This document shows positions 49,170 to 58,999 of a stretch of 64,000 nt of DNA, piece by piece (the stretch's first letter is position 1; each line of letters opens with the position of its first letter). This stretch comes from Candidatus Parcubacteria bacterium (GTDB lineage Bacteria; Patescibacteriota; Minisyncoccia; UBA6257; HR35), in the NCBI GenBank assembly GCA_026004495.1, contig BPJG01000001.1:208750-272749 (forward strand), in the 5' to 3' direction. Made by a program: the position numbers and the translations under genes. A model generated the notes under the pieces. That model was not told where the DNA came from. It made no database searches and saw only the letters and a list, made by a program, of their open reading frames with translations.

Positions 49170-50162
49170 TTAGAAGTAATCTTTTATTATTTTAAAAATT
49201 GTCTTACTAATTTTTTTAGGATCGTGTTTAAGATAAATATCTTTTTCATTGATAAAATTCCCAGAATATATTTTTATGCCTATTTTTTTTATTTTATCTA
49301 CATCAGGTAAAACCATTTTTTTATTTTCATTTTTTAAAATAGAAATTTTATTAGCTGGCAATTTTTTTGTATTAACAATACAAATATCAACTTTAGGTAA
49401 TTTAGAAATTCTTAAAAATTCTGATAAATGATCGAAGGCAGTAAAATTATCTGTTTCTCCAGGTTGGGTTAATAAATTAATCATAAATATTCTTAGGGCT
49501 TTAGAGTTAATTACTGCTCTTCTGATATCATTTATTAATAAATTAGGTAAAATGCTAGTATACAAACTTCCAGGTGAAAAAATAATAATATCTGCAGCCC
49601 TTATTCTTTTAATTACTTGAGGCGGAGATTTAATATTTTGAGGTTTAATTTTTAATTCTTTAATTCTTAATTTTTTACTAATTCCATACTTAACAATATT
49701 TTCTTCACCAACTATAGTTTTACCATTTTCAAATCTAGCAACTAAATCTATTTTTTCTAAACAGGAAGGCATTATTTCACCATTAATTTTCAAAATTTTT
49801 GATGCCTTTTTTATAGCTCTTAAAAAATCACCTTCGTTTTCAATTAAAGAAACTAAAAATAAATTTCCTAATGGATGTCCTTTTAGTCCATTTCCTTTAG
49901 AAAATCTTTTTTGAAAAATTTCCTTAAAATAATTTTCAATATTAGATAAAGCTAATAAACAATTTCTAATATCGCCAATGGCTGGAATGTCAAAAATTTT
50001 TTTAAGATAACCAGAACTGCCACCTGAATCGGCAACAGTGACAATAGCAGTTAATTTTTTAATTATTTTATCGTAATCATCTTTTAAAGCAGTAAGAACA
50101 TTAGATAATCCAGTTCCCCCTCCTAAAATTACTAATTTAATATTTTTATTTTTTAATATCAT
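49170..50162 (-). CDS. YvcK/GlmR (UPF0052, CofD-like) protein
   Basis: GGGTGLS, VTVADSGGSSG, GDIRNCL, GHPLGNL, PGSLYTSILPNL, TQPGET. Confidence 0.93.
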   Translation of the reverse strand: MILKNKNIKLVILGGGTGLSNVLTALKDDYDKIIKKLTAIVTVADSGGSSGYLKKIFDIPAIGDIRNCLLALSNIENYFKEIFQKRFSKGNGLKGHPLGNLFLVSLIENEGDFLRAIKKASKILKINGEIMPSCLEKIDLVARFENGKTIVGEENIVKYGISKKLRIKELKIKPQNIKSPPQVIKRIRAADIIIFSPGSLYTSILPNLLINDIRRAVINSKALRIFMINLLTQPGETDNFTAFDHLSEFLRISKLPKVDICIVNTKKLPANKISILKNENKKMVLPDVDKIKKIGIKIYSGNFINEKDIYLKHDPKKISKTIFKIIKDYF

Positions 50163-50215
50163 TAATTTTAAATTATAATATTAATAATAAAATAAATATT
50201 TTAAAAAAACAAAAA

Positions 50216-51430
50216 ATGAAAAGTAGGAGAGCACAAATTACATCTCAATTAGAAATAATCAAAAAAAATACCGAAAAAATAATTACCGAAAAAGAACTAG
50301 AAGAAAGGATAAAATTATCAATTGAAAAAAATAAACCATTAAGAGTTAAATTAGGAATTGATCCAACTGCCCAAGATATTCACTTGGGCTTTGTTTTGGT
50401 TTTGAAGAAATTAAGAGATTTTCAACAATTGGGCCATAAAGTTATTTTAGTAATTGGTGATTTCACGGCTAAAATTGGTGATCCAACTGGTAGAAATATA
50501 TCTCGGCCACCATTATCAGATAAAGAAATAAAAACAAATATGAAATCTTATTTTAAACAAATATTTAAAGTAATAGATAGTAAAAATTTAGAAGTAAGAT
50601 ATAATTCAGAATGGTTGACTAAATTAAATTTTAAAGATATTATAGAAATTTTTTCAAAAATAACACTACAAAAAATTACTGAACGAGAAGATTTTCAAAA
50701 AAGATTAAGGGAAAATAATCCTATTTTTTTGAATGAAATAATATATCCTATACTTCAGGCCTATGATAGCCTTTACCTCAAATCTGATATTGAAATTGGT
50801 GGAGTTGACCAAGAACTAAATTGCTTAATGGGACGAGAATTACAGCAAAAATTTAATCAGCAACCACAAATTATCATTCTTATGCCACTTTTAATTGGTT
50901 TAGATGGGAAAAATAAAATGAGTAAAAGTTTAAAAAATTATATTGGCATAAGTGAACCACCAGATGAAATATTTGGCAAAGTAATGAGTATTCCCGATTC
51001 TCTTCTTAATCAATGGCTCAATTTAACTACCAACCTAACAGATCAGGAAATAAAAAAATTATTAACTAAACATCCAATGGAAATTAAAAAAGAATTGGGC
51101 CATGAAATTATTAAACAATATTATAATGAAAATAAGGCAAAATTGGCTGCTAAAAAATTTGAAGCTACATTTCAAAGAAAAGATTACTCTTCTTTAGCAA
51201 AGGAGGTAGTGATACCAAAGGAAATAATAGATATGCCATTAGCTGAAGTATTAGTTAATTTAAATTTCGTCAATTCAAAATCAGAGGCAAAGCGATTAAT
51301 TCAGCAAGGTGGTATTGAAATTAATGGTCAAAAAATAATATCTGATGATCCAAAATTTGTGATGAATATAAATGATGGCGATCTTATAAGAATAGGTAAA
51401 AAGAAATTTTTTAAATTAATTAAAGATTAA
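50216..51430 (+). CDS. tyrS: Tyrosyl-tRNA synthetase
   Basis: KLGIDPTAQDIHLG, IGDPTGR, YPILQAYDS, KMSKS, C-terminal S4 domain. Confidence 0.97.
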   Translation: MKSRRAQITSQLEIIKKNTEKIITEKELEERIKLSIEKNKPLRVKLGIDPTAQDIHLGFVLVLKKLRDFQQLGHKVILVIGDFTAKIGDPTGRNISRPPLSDKEIKTNMKSYFKQIFKVIDSKNLEVRYNSEWLTKLNFKDIIEIFSKITLQKITEREDFQKRLRENNPIFLNEIIYPILQAYDSLYLKSDIEIGGVDQELNCLMGRELQQKFNQQPQIIILMPLLIGLDGKNKMSKSLKNYIGISEPPDEIFGKVMSIPDSLLNQWLNLTTNLTDQEIKKLLTKHPMEIKKELGHEIIKQYYNENKAKLAAKKFEATFQRKDYSSLAKEVVIPKEIIDMPLAEVLVNLNFVNSKSEAKRLIQQGGIEINGQKIISDDPKFVMNINDGDLIRIGKKKFFKLIKD

Positions 51431-51431
51431 A

Positions 51432-52202
51432 TTATTGATCGCCTTTTAGACCAAAATTATTTAAAGCTAAGCTTAGATCTCTATCATCTACAATCCCATC
51501 TAGGTTAAGGTCTGGCCTTTCAGTTGTTGAAGTTGAATAATTCCAATCTTGATTATGATTAAATAATATAGTTAAAACATCAGCATCGTCAACTAAATCA
51601 TTACCATCAACATCACCTGCTTTAAAAGTAATTTCTTGGGGATTATTTTGTGAAGTACTAGTTAAATTAGTTCGTAAATTAAGCCAATGTCTAACTTGTA
51701 ATAACACAGATGGATTATTGCAGTCATTAGAAATTGTTATTTGAGTAATATCATAAGAATAAACATTTCTACCTCTAATTCCACCTCTTAATTGATTATC
51801 ACAGTATAAATTACCATCTAAGTATTGGGGCGGAACTGAGGTGGCTCTTTCTCTTTCAATTCCTTCTAAAATTACCCTTAAATAATAAATAGAGCTAGAT
51901 GAATTTCCTCCAGCCACTTCAAAATCGCCATCGTTATAATCACTTTGATTATTGGAAATATTTTGTTGATTTTCTTCATTAAAGTTTTCACTTATATTTT
52001 CTCTATCTTGGGTGTAAATAAATTCATTACTTTGATTAATTATTTGATTACTAATATTATTATTTTCATTAATTAAATTGTTTAAATTATTATTAAAATT
52101 ATTATTATTAAAATTATTGTGAGTTATATTATTGACTACATTATTATTTGAAACAAGACTCGACAATAAAATAAGCAAGGCTATTATTAGCTGTGAATTC
52201 AT
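51432..52202 (-). CDS. Secreted protein, Asn-rich linker plus one dockerin-like (double Ca-loop) module
   Basis: Hydrophobic N-terminus; GDVDGNDLVDDADVLTILFN...DLNLDGIVDDRDLSLALNNFG. Confidence 0.8.
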   Translation of the reverse strand: MNSQLIIALLILLSSLVSNNNVVNNITHNNFNNNNFNNNLNNLINENNNISNQIINQSNEFIYTQDRENISENFNEENQQNISNNQSDYNDGDFEVAGGNSSSSIYYLRVILEGIERERATSVPPQYLDGNLYCDNQLRGGIRGRNVYSYDITQITISNDCNNPSVLLQVRHWLNLRTNLTSTSQNNPQEITFKAGDVDGNDLVDDADVLTILFNHNQDWNYSTSTTERPDLNLDGIVDDRDLSLALNNFGLKGDQ

Positions 52203-52329
52203 TTAAGTTGACTTAAATTTTAATCAAACACTTTGTTGATTAAAATTAAAAAATTTTATTTTACTTATTTTAAATATTATTTAATATTATAACATAATTA
52301 ACAATAATTAAAGATATTTAAAATTTAAT

Positions 52330-52358
52330 TTGACTTTATAGAATAAATTATATAAAAT
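52330..52358 (+). promoter_or_regulatory. Sigma70-type promoter for the 52420 gene
   Basis: TTGACT-17 nt-TAAAAT. Confidence 0.6.
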
Positions 52359-52419
52359 TTAATATATTTTAATATATTAAAATTTAGTCGTAATTAAATA
52401 AAAATTTAAAAATAATAAA

Positions 52420-53586
52420 ATGGACTTATCTACCTTTGCAACATTGTTATTACTTTTATTTAACTTTTTACAAGCTACTCAGCAAATTAACATAGAACAA
52501 ACGCAAATTGAACAACCGCAAATTGAACAATCGCAAATTCCTCAGCAAATTAACATAAATCAACAAAATAATCAAGGAGGTAGTATTTTCCCAGCTGGAG
52601 GAGGAAATATATCTTCTACGGGAACAAATTATATTTATGTAATTGAACCATATATATTAGGTCCAACCGAAAATACTGGACTTGATTTGTCTCAGTTAAG
52701 AAATACACCCCTTAATTTAGAAGCAAATTATTACTGTTTAAATGGCTATCAGGGTTATATAAATAAAAATAATATTTATCTCTATAGAACTGAAACCTTA
52801 AGTGTTAATTGTCCTAACCCCTGGGTAGAGTTAAGATTAAATGGTTTTCTTTCTCGATATGTAAGATTAAAAAATTCTTCTACAATTGATCCTCAAGGAA
52901 TTGAATTTGTTTTAGGAGATACTAATAAAGACAATATAATAGATGATGCAGATTTGTTAAAAATATTATTTAGTCTTGATACAAGTATAGATGATTCTAA
53001 GTATGATCCTACAGCAGATTTGGACCAAAATGGAAAAATAACTCAGGATGAGCTATCTTGGCTTCAAAGATTTTTTGGTTATAAGGGAGAAACAAAGCCT
53101 TCCTTCTCTATTGAACCAATTTATTATTTAAGGCTAAATTTAGATGGCGTGGGTAATACAATTAATAGAGATATAAATATTAATTATCGCTGGCAGTGCG
53201 AAAATAGAAGGCTAGAAGGAAATGAAAATGGTTTAATTAACATTAGAACAAATTCTTATGTTTTTAATTTTAATTATTCTTCACTTAATTTATATGATTG
53301 TTATAGGCCAACAATACATTTTAGTGGATCTCCTTTCCTTCTTACCGAGGATAAGATATTATCTTCTATGGATCCCAATAATCCTGATAATATAACTTTA
53401 ATAAATGGCGATATAGATGGTAATAGTATTATCGATGATGCTGATCTTTTAAAGGTTTTATTCAATTATGGGAATAATAATGATGATGCCTTAGAAGCTG
53501 ATATAAATTTTGATGGTATGGTTAATGACGAAGATTTAGAAATAATAAGAAGAAATTTTGGCAAAGGAGTTTTGGGAAGAGGATAA
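52420..53586 (+). CDS. Secreted protein, Gln-rich linker plus two dockerin-like modules
   Basis: GDTNKDNIIDDADLLKILF...ADLDQNGKI and NGDIDGNSIIDDADLLKVLFNYG...ADINFDGMVNDEDLEIIRRNFG. Confidence 0.82.
   Translation: MDLSTFATLLLLLFNFLQATQQINIEQTQIEQPQIEQSQIPQQININQQNNQGGSIFPAGGGNISSTGTNYIYVIEPYILGPTENTGLDLSQLRNTPLNLEANYYCLNGYQGYINKNNIYLYRTETLSVNCPNPWVELRLNGFLSRYVRLKNSSTIDPQGIEFVLGDTNKDNIIDDADLLKILFSLDTSIDDSKYDPTADLDQNGKITQDELSWLQRFFGYKGETKPSFSIEPIYYLRLNLDGVGNTINRDININYRWQCENRRLEGNENGLINIRTNSYVFNFNYSSLNLYDCYRPTIHFSGSPFLLTEDKILSSMDPNNPDNITLINGDIDGNSIIDDADLLKVLFNYGNNNDDALEADINFDGMVNDEDLEIIRRNFGKGVLGRG
52480..52557 (+). repeat. 15-bp tandem repeat encoding xQIEQ, flanked by duplicated cagcaaattaacata
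   Basis: acgcaaattgaacaa / ccgcaaattgaacaa / tcgcaaattcctcag at 52501-52545. Confidence 0.8.
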
Positions 53587-53591
53587 ATTTT

Positions 53592-55367
53592 TTAAACCTT
53601 AATTATCACAGGTATTACCACTGGTCTTCTTTGGGTTTTTCGATATAGAAATTGCGAAATTTCCTCCTTTAATGAATATTTAATTTGTTCTTCTTGAATA
53701 ATAGGTGCTTCATCTCCTAAATGTTTAGTATTTTTAATAACTATATTTTTAGCTAAAGTTCTTACTTCATTTAATAAATCTTTTGATTCCTTAAGAAAAA
53801 CAAAGCCACGAGATATTATATCGGGACTAGTTTTAATTTCTCCAGTTTGAGAATTTAAGGTAATAATAATTACAAACATACCTTCTTCAGCTAATGCTTT
53901 TCTATCTCTTAAAACTAAATCGCCAACACTACCTAAGCCTAAGCCATCAACATAAACTAAATTAGCAGGAATTTTTTCATCTGTTAATTCTATTTTATCA
54001 TTAAACATTTTAACCACTTGACCATTAGAAGCAATGATAATTTTTTCTTTGGGTATACCTAAATCTATGCCAATTTCTTCAATTGCCTTCATCATAAAGT
54101 AATGTCCATGGACGGGCATGATATAATTTGGTTTAGATAAATTAATAAATAGCCTAATATCATCAGCAAAGGCATGACCGGAGGCATGAATATCCATCAT
54201 TTGATAATGAAATATTTTAGCTCCCTGTTTTGTTAAGATATCTTTTAAATTTTGGATAATTCTTTCATTGCCAGGAATAACTGAGGAAGAAAAAATTACT
54301 GAATCATTATTAATTATTTTAAAATAACGATGCTCTTTATTAGCAATTCTCATTAAAGCTGAACCTTCTTCAGCTTGAGAACCAGTACAAATAATTAAAA
54401 CTCTATGAGGTGGTAATTTAAAAGATTCTTCGGGTCTAATAAAAATACCTTTATTATATTTTAAATAACCAAGTCTTTTAGCTACCTCAACATTAATTCT
54501 CATCGTATGTCCATCAATAACAACTCTTCTTCCATATAGACCAGCTAAATAAATTAATTGTTGAATCCTTTCTAAAAGAGAAGCAAAGGTAGAAGCAATA
54601 ATTCTTCCTTTAGCTTTTTTAAATACCTCCTCAAGATTTTCCATTATTTTTCTCTCAGAAATAATGTGTCCCGATTCTGGAGCATTAGTTGAGTCAATCA
54701 TTAATAAATCAACACCTTCATGGGACAATTTAACTATTCTTGATAAATCAGCAGGTTTATCAAAAAAGGGAGTAAAGTCTATTTTGAAATCACCAGTATG
54801 GAGAATATTTCCTATAGGAGTTTTGATAAAAAACCCAATAGAATCTGGTATATTATGATTAACATGGAAATAATCGATCATAAAATCTCCTAACTTAAAT
54901 GGAGTATAGTTTTCTTTTTTTATTTCATAGATTTCTAATTTTTGCAATCTAGGGAAATCTTCCTGTCTTTTTATAATCAATCCCTTGGTTAGAGGAGTAG
55001 TATATATTGGAGGATAATTAAGTTTATCAATAATATAAGGAATAGCTCCGATATGGTCGTAATGACCATGGGTTATTAATATCCCCAAAATTTTATCTTT
55101 TTTTTCCTCCAGATATTCTATATTAGGAATAATATAATCAACCCCTAACATATTTTCCGATTCTGGATAACCTAAACCAGCATCTAAAATTACTATTTGT
55201 TCTCTACCTTTATCAGGACACCATTCAAAAACCGTCATATTTCTTCCTACTTCTTCTAAGCCTCCTAATGGTATTATTTTTAAAGAACCATTAACCGTTT
55301 CTTTTTTTATTTTTTTAGGATTTCTTTTAATTAAAATTTTTTGCTCAACGTTTATTTTGCTATTCAT
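53592..55367 (-). CDS. rnj: Ribonuclease J
   Basis: PLGGLEEVGRNM, THGHYDHIG, HTGDFK, SSVIPGNE, HASGH, PVHG. Confidence 0.97.
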   Translation of the reverse strand: MNSKINVEQKILIKRNPKKIKKETVNGSLKIIPLGGLEEVGRNMTVFEWCPDKGREQIVILDAGLGYPESENMLGVDYIIPNIEYLEEKKDKILGILITHGHYDHIGAIPYIIDKLNYPPIYTTPLTKGLIIKRQEDFPRLQKLEIYEIKKENYTPFKLGDFMIDYFHVNHNIPDSIGFFIKTPIGNILHTGDFKIDFTPFFDKPADLSRIVKLSHEGVDLLMIDSTNAPESGHIISERKIMENLEEVFKKAKGRIIASTFASLLERIQQLIYLAGLYGRRVVIDGHTMRINVEVAKRLGYLKYNKGIFIRPEESFKLPPHRVLIICTGSQAEEGSALMRIANKEHRYFKIINNDSVIFSSSVIPGNERIIQNLKDILTKQGAKIFHYQMMDIHASGHAFADDIRLFINLSKPNYIMPVHGHYFMMKAIEEIGIDLGIPKEKIIIASNGQVVKMFNDKIELTDEKIPANLVYVDGLGLGSVGDLVLRDRKALAEEGMFVIIITLNSQTGEIKTSPDIISRGFVFLKESKDLLNEVRTLAKNIVIKNTKHLGDEAPIIQEEQIKYSLKEEISQFLYRKTQRRPVVIPVIIKV

Positions 55368-55406
55368 TTTTTATATTTTGACAATATATACTTAACGACC
55401 TTTATT

Positions 55407-55493
55407 TGCCGAGGGCCGGATTCGAACCGACACGGACTTATAAAATCCATAAGTTTCTGAAACTTATGCGTCTACCAATTTCGCCACCTCGGC
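55407..55493 (-). tRNA. tRNA-Leu(CAG), long variable arm; CCA not encoded
   Basis: Reverse complement GCCGAGGTGGCGAAATTGGTAGACGCA TAAGT-TTCAGAA-ACTTA...GGTTCGAATCCGGCCCTCGGCA. Confidence 0.95.
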
Positions 55494-55512
55494 TAATTAA
55501 AATTATTTAACA

Positions 55513-55917
55513 TTAATCAAGAATAAAAATTCTTAAGTTTTGTAGGTTTTGATTATTTTTCTCTACCTGAAAATTAAATCTTAATTCAAATGGTTGATTT
55601 ATAAACTTGCTAACAATATTACCAGAAATATTTCTGCTTTCAGGATTAATTTCATTTAAGCTAAAAAAAGAGTTTATATCATTAATAATAAAAGATTTAT
55701 TTGTTGGTTGTAAATAATCATTTAAAAAAATTTCTTGAAGTGCCATATTAAGAATTGATAATTGTGAATATAGTAATCGTGCATTACTAACAATAGATTT
55801 AGAAAAATTATTTTCTTTAACTAAAATTATCCCAAATAGAATTAAAATGCTAAAACTTAATAAAAAAATAACAATTATAAAAACGAATGTTGCTTGACCT
55901 TTATTTAAAAACTCCAT
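55513..55917 (-). CDS. Minor pilin-like protein (PilX/GspK-like, no Glu5)
   Basis: NKG|QATFVFIIVIFLL class III-like signal. Confidence 0.65.
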   Translation of the reverse strand: MEFLNKGQATFVFIIVIFLLSFSILILFGIILVKENNFSKSIVSNARLLYSQLSILNMALQEIFLNDYLQPTNKSFIINDINSFFSLNEINPESRNISGNIVSKFINQPFELRFNFQVEKNNQNLQNLRIFILD

Positions 55918-56366
55918 AAATATAAAGTAGATGTTAAATTTAATGTTTGATTATTATTTGAATTTGATATCTTAATAAAAACATTATAAAAATCTGAATT
56001 AGATGAAACATCAAAATTATTAACTTTAATATTATCAGAGGTAAATTTTGTCGAAGTTACTTCATTTTCTAAATAAATTTTTTCATTTAATAGATATAAT
56101 TTTTCATAACCTTCAGGATAAAAATTAAATTTTATACTACTTGAAGTTATTTCTGTTGAAATGGCTGAAATTGAATTAAAATAAAGTCTATTTATAATTC
56201 TAAAAACATCATTTCTTAAATTTAGTTTATCCAAATATATAGAAGAATAAAATGTTATACCATAAAAAATTATCGTTGTCAAAACACCCAAAATACTAAT
56301 TATTGAAATATAAATAATTAATTCTATTAAAGTAAAAGATTTATTGTGATAATTCAATTTGGCCAT
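55905..56366 (-). CDS. Minor type IV pilin (PilW-like)
   Basis: NKS|FTLIELIIYISI; ATG 56366 preferred over the longer track start. Confidence 0.8.
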   Translation of the reverse strand: MAKLNYHNKSFTLIELIIYISIISILGVLTTIIFYGITFYSSIYLDKLNLRNDVFRIINRLYFNSISAISTEITSSSIKFNFYPEGYEKLYLLNEKIYLENEVTSTKFTSDNIKVNNFDVSSNSDFYNVFIKISNSNNNQTLNLTSTLYLWSF

Positions 56367-56856
56367 TAATTTTAATATTCTCAGATTTATTATTGTATTG
56401 ATTAATAATTCCACTTGAGGCGTCGACAATGCTATCGGTAGCCACCTCCCAACTATCTTGAATAAAAATCAACTCCTTAATATTTGTAATTTTCAAAGGA
56501 AAGCTATAAATATCTTTAGATGTTTGAATATAAACATTTAAGCTATCATCAGTTATTTCAAACCAACGGTAATAACCATTAAGATAATTATCTTTACCGA
56601 CTTTAATTTCATAATTATTATCAAAATAATAGGGTTGATTTTTTAATAAATTTTCAAATTGTGAATAATTTTTCCTTGCTATACCTAAAACAATACTTTG
56701 ATAAGATAAGGCTGAATTATAAATAATAATAGATTTATCAGCATTTTCAATTGATTGGGGAATTATATTAAAAATTAAAAATATTATCAAAGAAAGAAAA
56801 GATAAGATAAGAATACCTGTTAAAACTTCAAGTAATAATTGTCCATTATTTTGCAT
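56341..56856 (-). CDS. Minor type IV pilin (PilV-like)
   Basis: NNG|QLLLEVLTGILIL with Glu5. Confidence 0.75.
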   Translation of the reverse strand: MQNNGQLLLEVLTGILILSFLSLIIFLIFNIIPQSIENADKSIIIYNSALSYQSIVLGIARKNYSQFENLLKNQPYYFDNNYEIKVGKDNYLNGYYRWFEITDDSLNVYIQTSKDIYSFPLKITNIKELIFIQDSWEVATDSIVDASSGIINQYNNKSENIKINGQIELSQ

Positions 56857-56860
56857 AAAT

Positions 56861-58990
56861 TTATTTTTTTATTCCCTGTTTATTGCTAATAATATTATCA
56901 AAAAGATATTGAGGTACTTCTTGATAATTGTAAAATTCCATATAACTAAAACCTCTACCTTGGGTAAGAGATCTCAAAATTGTAACGTAGCCAAACATTT
57001 CAGCTAGAGGAACTTTAGCTAAAATTTTCTTAAGTTCACCTACATCTAAAACTTCTTCTATTTTTGCTCTTCGACTTGCTAAATCGCCAGTAATATCACC
57101 TAGAAATTCTTGTGGAGTAAAAACTTCTAATTTCATTATTGGTTCTAAAAAGATAGGATTTGCCTTTTTAACTGCATCTTTAAGAGCTATTTCAGCCGCA
57201 ATTTTAAAAGCTAAATCAGAAGAGTCGACCTCATGAAATGATCCATCAAAAAGAGTAATTTTAATATCTGTTAGGGGATAATTAGCTATAACTCCTTTTT
57301 CTATTGTTTCCCTTAATCCCTTTTCTATAGCTGGTATAAAATTATCTGGAATAATTCCACCCTTAATAGCATTAACAAACTCAAAACCTTTATTTCTTTC
57401 TAATGGATCAACCTTAATAACTACATGGCCATATTGTCCCCTACCTCCACTTTGTCTAATGTATTTTCCTTCTGCTTCTACTGTTTTAGTAATTGTTTCT
57501 CTATAAGCTACCTGAGGCATACCCACATTTGTTTCTACCCTAAATTCTCTTCTTAATCTATCAACCATAATTTCTAAATGTAATTCTCCCATTCCGCCAA
57601 TAAGAGTATCGCCTGTTTCTGGATCAACTTTAATTTTAAAAGTAGGATCTTCATCGGTTAAAGCTTTTAGGTAAATACCCATCTTTTCTTGATCTTGTTT
57701 AGTTTTAGGTTCAATTTTTAACCAAATTACAGGTTCATTGAATTTTATTGATTCGAACATAATAGGTGTTTTGGGATCGCAAATAGTATCACCGGTTTTT
57801 AAATTTTTAACTCCAACTATAGCTCCTATGTCTCCAGCAAATAATTCTTCTATTTCCTCTCGTTGATTAGCATGCATTACAACCAATCTTCCAACCCTAA
57901 ATGATTCATTTGTCCTAGTATTTAAAATTACATCACCTCTTTTTAGAACTCCAGAATAAACCCTAACATATGTTAGGGTTCCTACAAATTGATCAATTGC
58001 CAATTTAAAAATAAGAGCAGAAAATGGTTCATTGTCTGATGGTTTTAGAATTATTTCGCTATTAGTTTTAGGATCAAATCCTCTAACCTCTTCTAAATCT
58101 AGGGGTGAAGGTAAAAAATCAACTACGCCATCTAAAACCAATTGAACTCCTTTATTTTTTAAAGAAGAGCCACAATAAACAGGTATAAATTGATACTTTA
58201 TACAAGATTGCCTGATAGCTGAGCGTATATCAGATTCAGTAAAATTATCTTCTAGGTATTTATTCATAAATTCTTCATCCACTTCAGACAATTTTTCTAA
58301 CATTAATTTTCTATATTTTTCTGCTTCACTAATTAAATTATCTGGAATGGGCTTTCTAATAACAATTTCTCCTTTTTCCCCTTGAAAATCAACAATTTCC
58401 ATTCTGATTAAATCAATTAAACTACTAAAGTTTTCTTCTATGCCAACCGGAATAACTACTGGAATTGCATTTTTAGTTAACCTCTCATTGATAGACTTCA
58501 AAGAATCTTCAAAACTAGCACCCATTCTGTCAAGTTTATTAATAAAACATATTCGAGGAACATTGTATTTATCTGCTTGATGCCAAACAGTTTCTGATTG
58601 AGCTTCAACTCCTTGAACACCATCGAAAACTACAACTGCACCATCAAGAACCCTAAGAGATCTCTCAACTTCAGCTGTAAAATCTACATGTCCTGGTGTA
58701 TCTATAATATTAATCTTATATTCTTTTTGAATATTTTCTTCCTTAGTTTTAGACTTTTCCAAATAGCTTGGCGACCAAAAACAGGTTACCGAAGCTGCAG
58801 TAATTGTAATACCTCTTTCTCTTTCTTGGGGCATCCAGTCTGTTATAGTTGTTCCTTCATGAACTTCTCCAATCTTATGAGAAACTCCAGTATAATATAA
58901 AACTCTCTCAGTTGTCGTAGTTTTACCTGCATCAATATGAGCGATAATTCCAATATTTCTCGTTTTTTCAAGAGGATATAATCTTCCCAT
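56861..58990 (-). CDS. fusA: Elongation factor G
   Basis: AHIDAGKTTTTE, RGITI, DTPGHVDF, NKLDR, GMGELHLE, QSGGRGQYGHV. Confidence 0.99.
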   Translation of the reverse strand: MGRLYPLEKTRNIGIIAHIDAGKTTTTERVLYYTGVSHKIGEVHEGTTITDWMPQERERGITITAASVTCFWSPSYLEKSKTKEENIQKEYKINIIDTPGHVDFTAEVERSLRVLDGAVVVFDGVQGVEAQSETVWHQADKYNVPRICFINKLDRMGASFEDSLKSINERLTKNAIPVVIPVGIEENFSSLIDLIRMEIVDFQGEKGEIVIRKPIPDNLISEAEKYRKLMLEKLSEVDEEFMNKYLEDNFTESDIRSAIRQSCIKYQFIPVYCGSSLKNKGVQLVLDGVVDFLPSPLDLEEVRGFDPKTNSEIILKPSDNEPFSALIFKLAIDQFVGTLTYVRVYSGVLKRGDVILNTRTNESFRVGRLVVMHANQREEIEELFAGDIGAIVGVKNLKTGDTICDPKTPIMFESIKFNEPVIWLKIEPKTKQDQEKMGIYLKALTDEDPTFKIKVDPETGDTLIGGMGELHLEIMVDRLRREFRVETNVGMPQVAYRETITKTVEAEGKYIRQSGGRGQYGHVVIKVDPLERNKGFEFVNAIKGGIIPDNFIPAIEKGLRETIEKGVIANYPLTDIKITLFDGSFHEVDSSDLAFKIAAEIALKDAVKKANPIFLEPIMKLEVFTPQEFLGDITGDLASRRAKIEEVLDVGELKKILAKVPLAEMFGYVTILRSLTQGRGFSYMEFYNYQEVPQYLFDNIISNKQGIKK

Positions 58991-58999
58991 TTTTATTAT

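Noticed and set aside
938-58900. Short ORFs in the track antisense to or nested in long genes (938, 3936, 5618, 7263, 14431, 16479, 17460, 17889, 19028, 23046, 27441, 29478, 32287, 37613, 40290, 40505, 43060, 49249, 54664, 58598)
   Set aside because: They overlap well-supported genes wholly or almost wholly, show no motifs and have shadow-ORF composition
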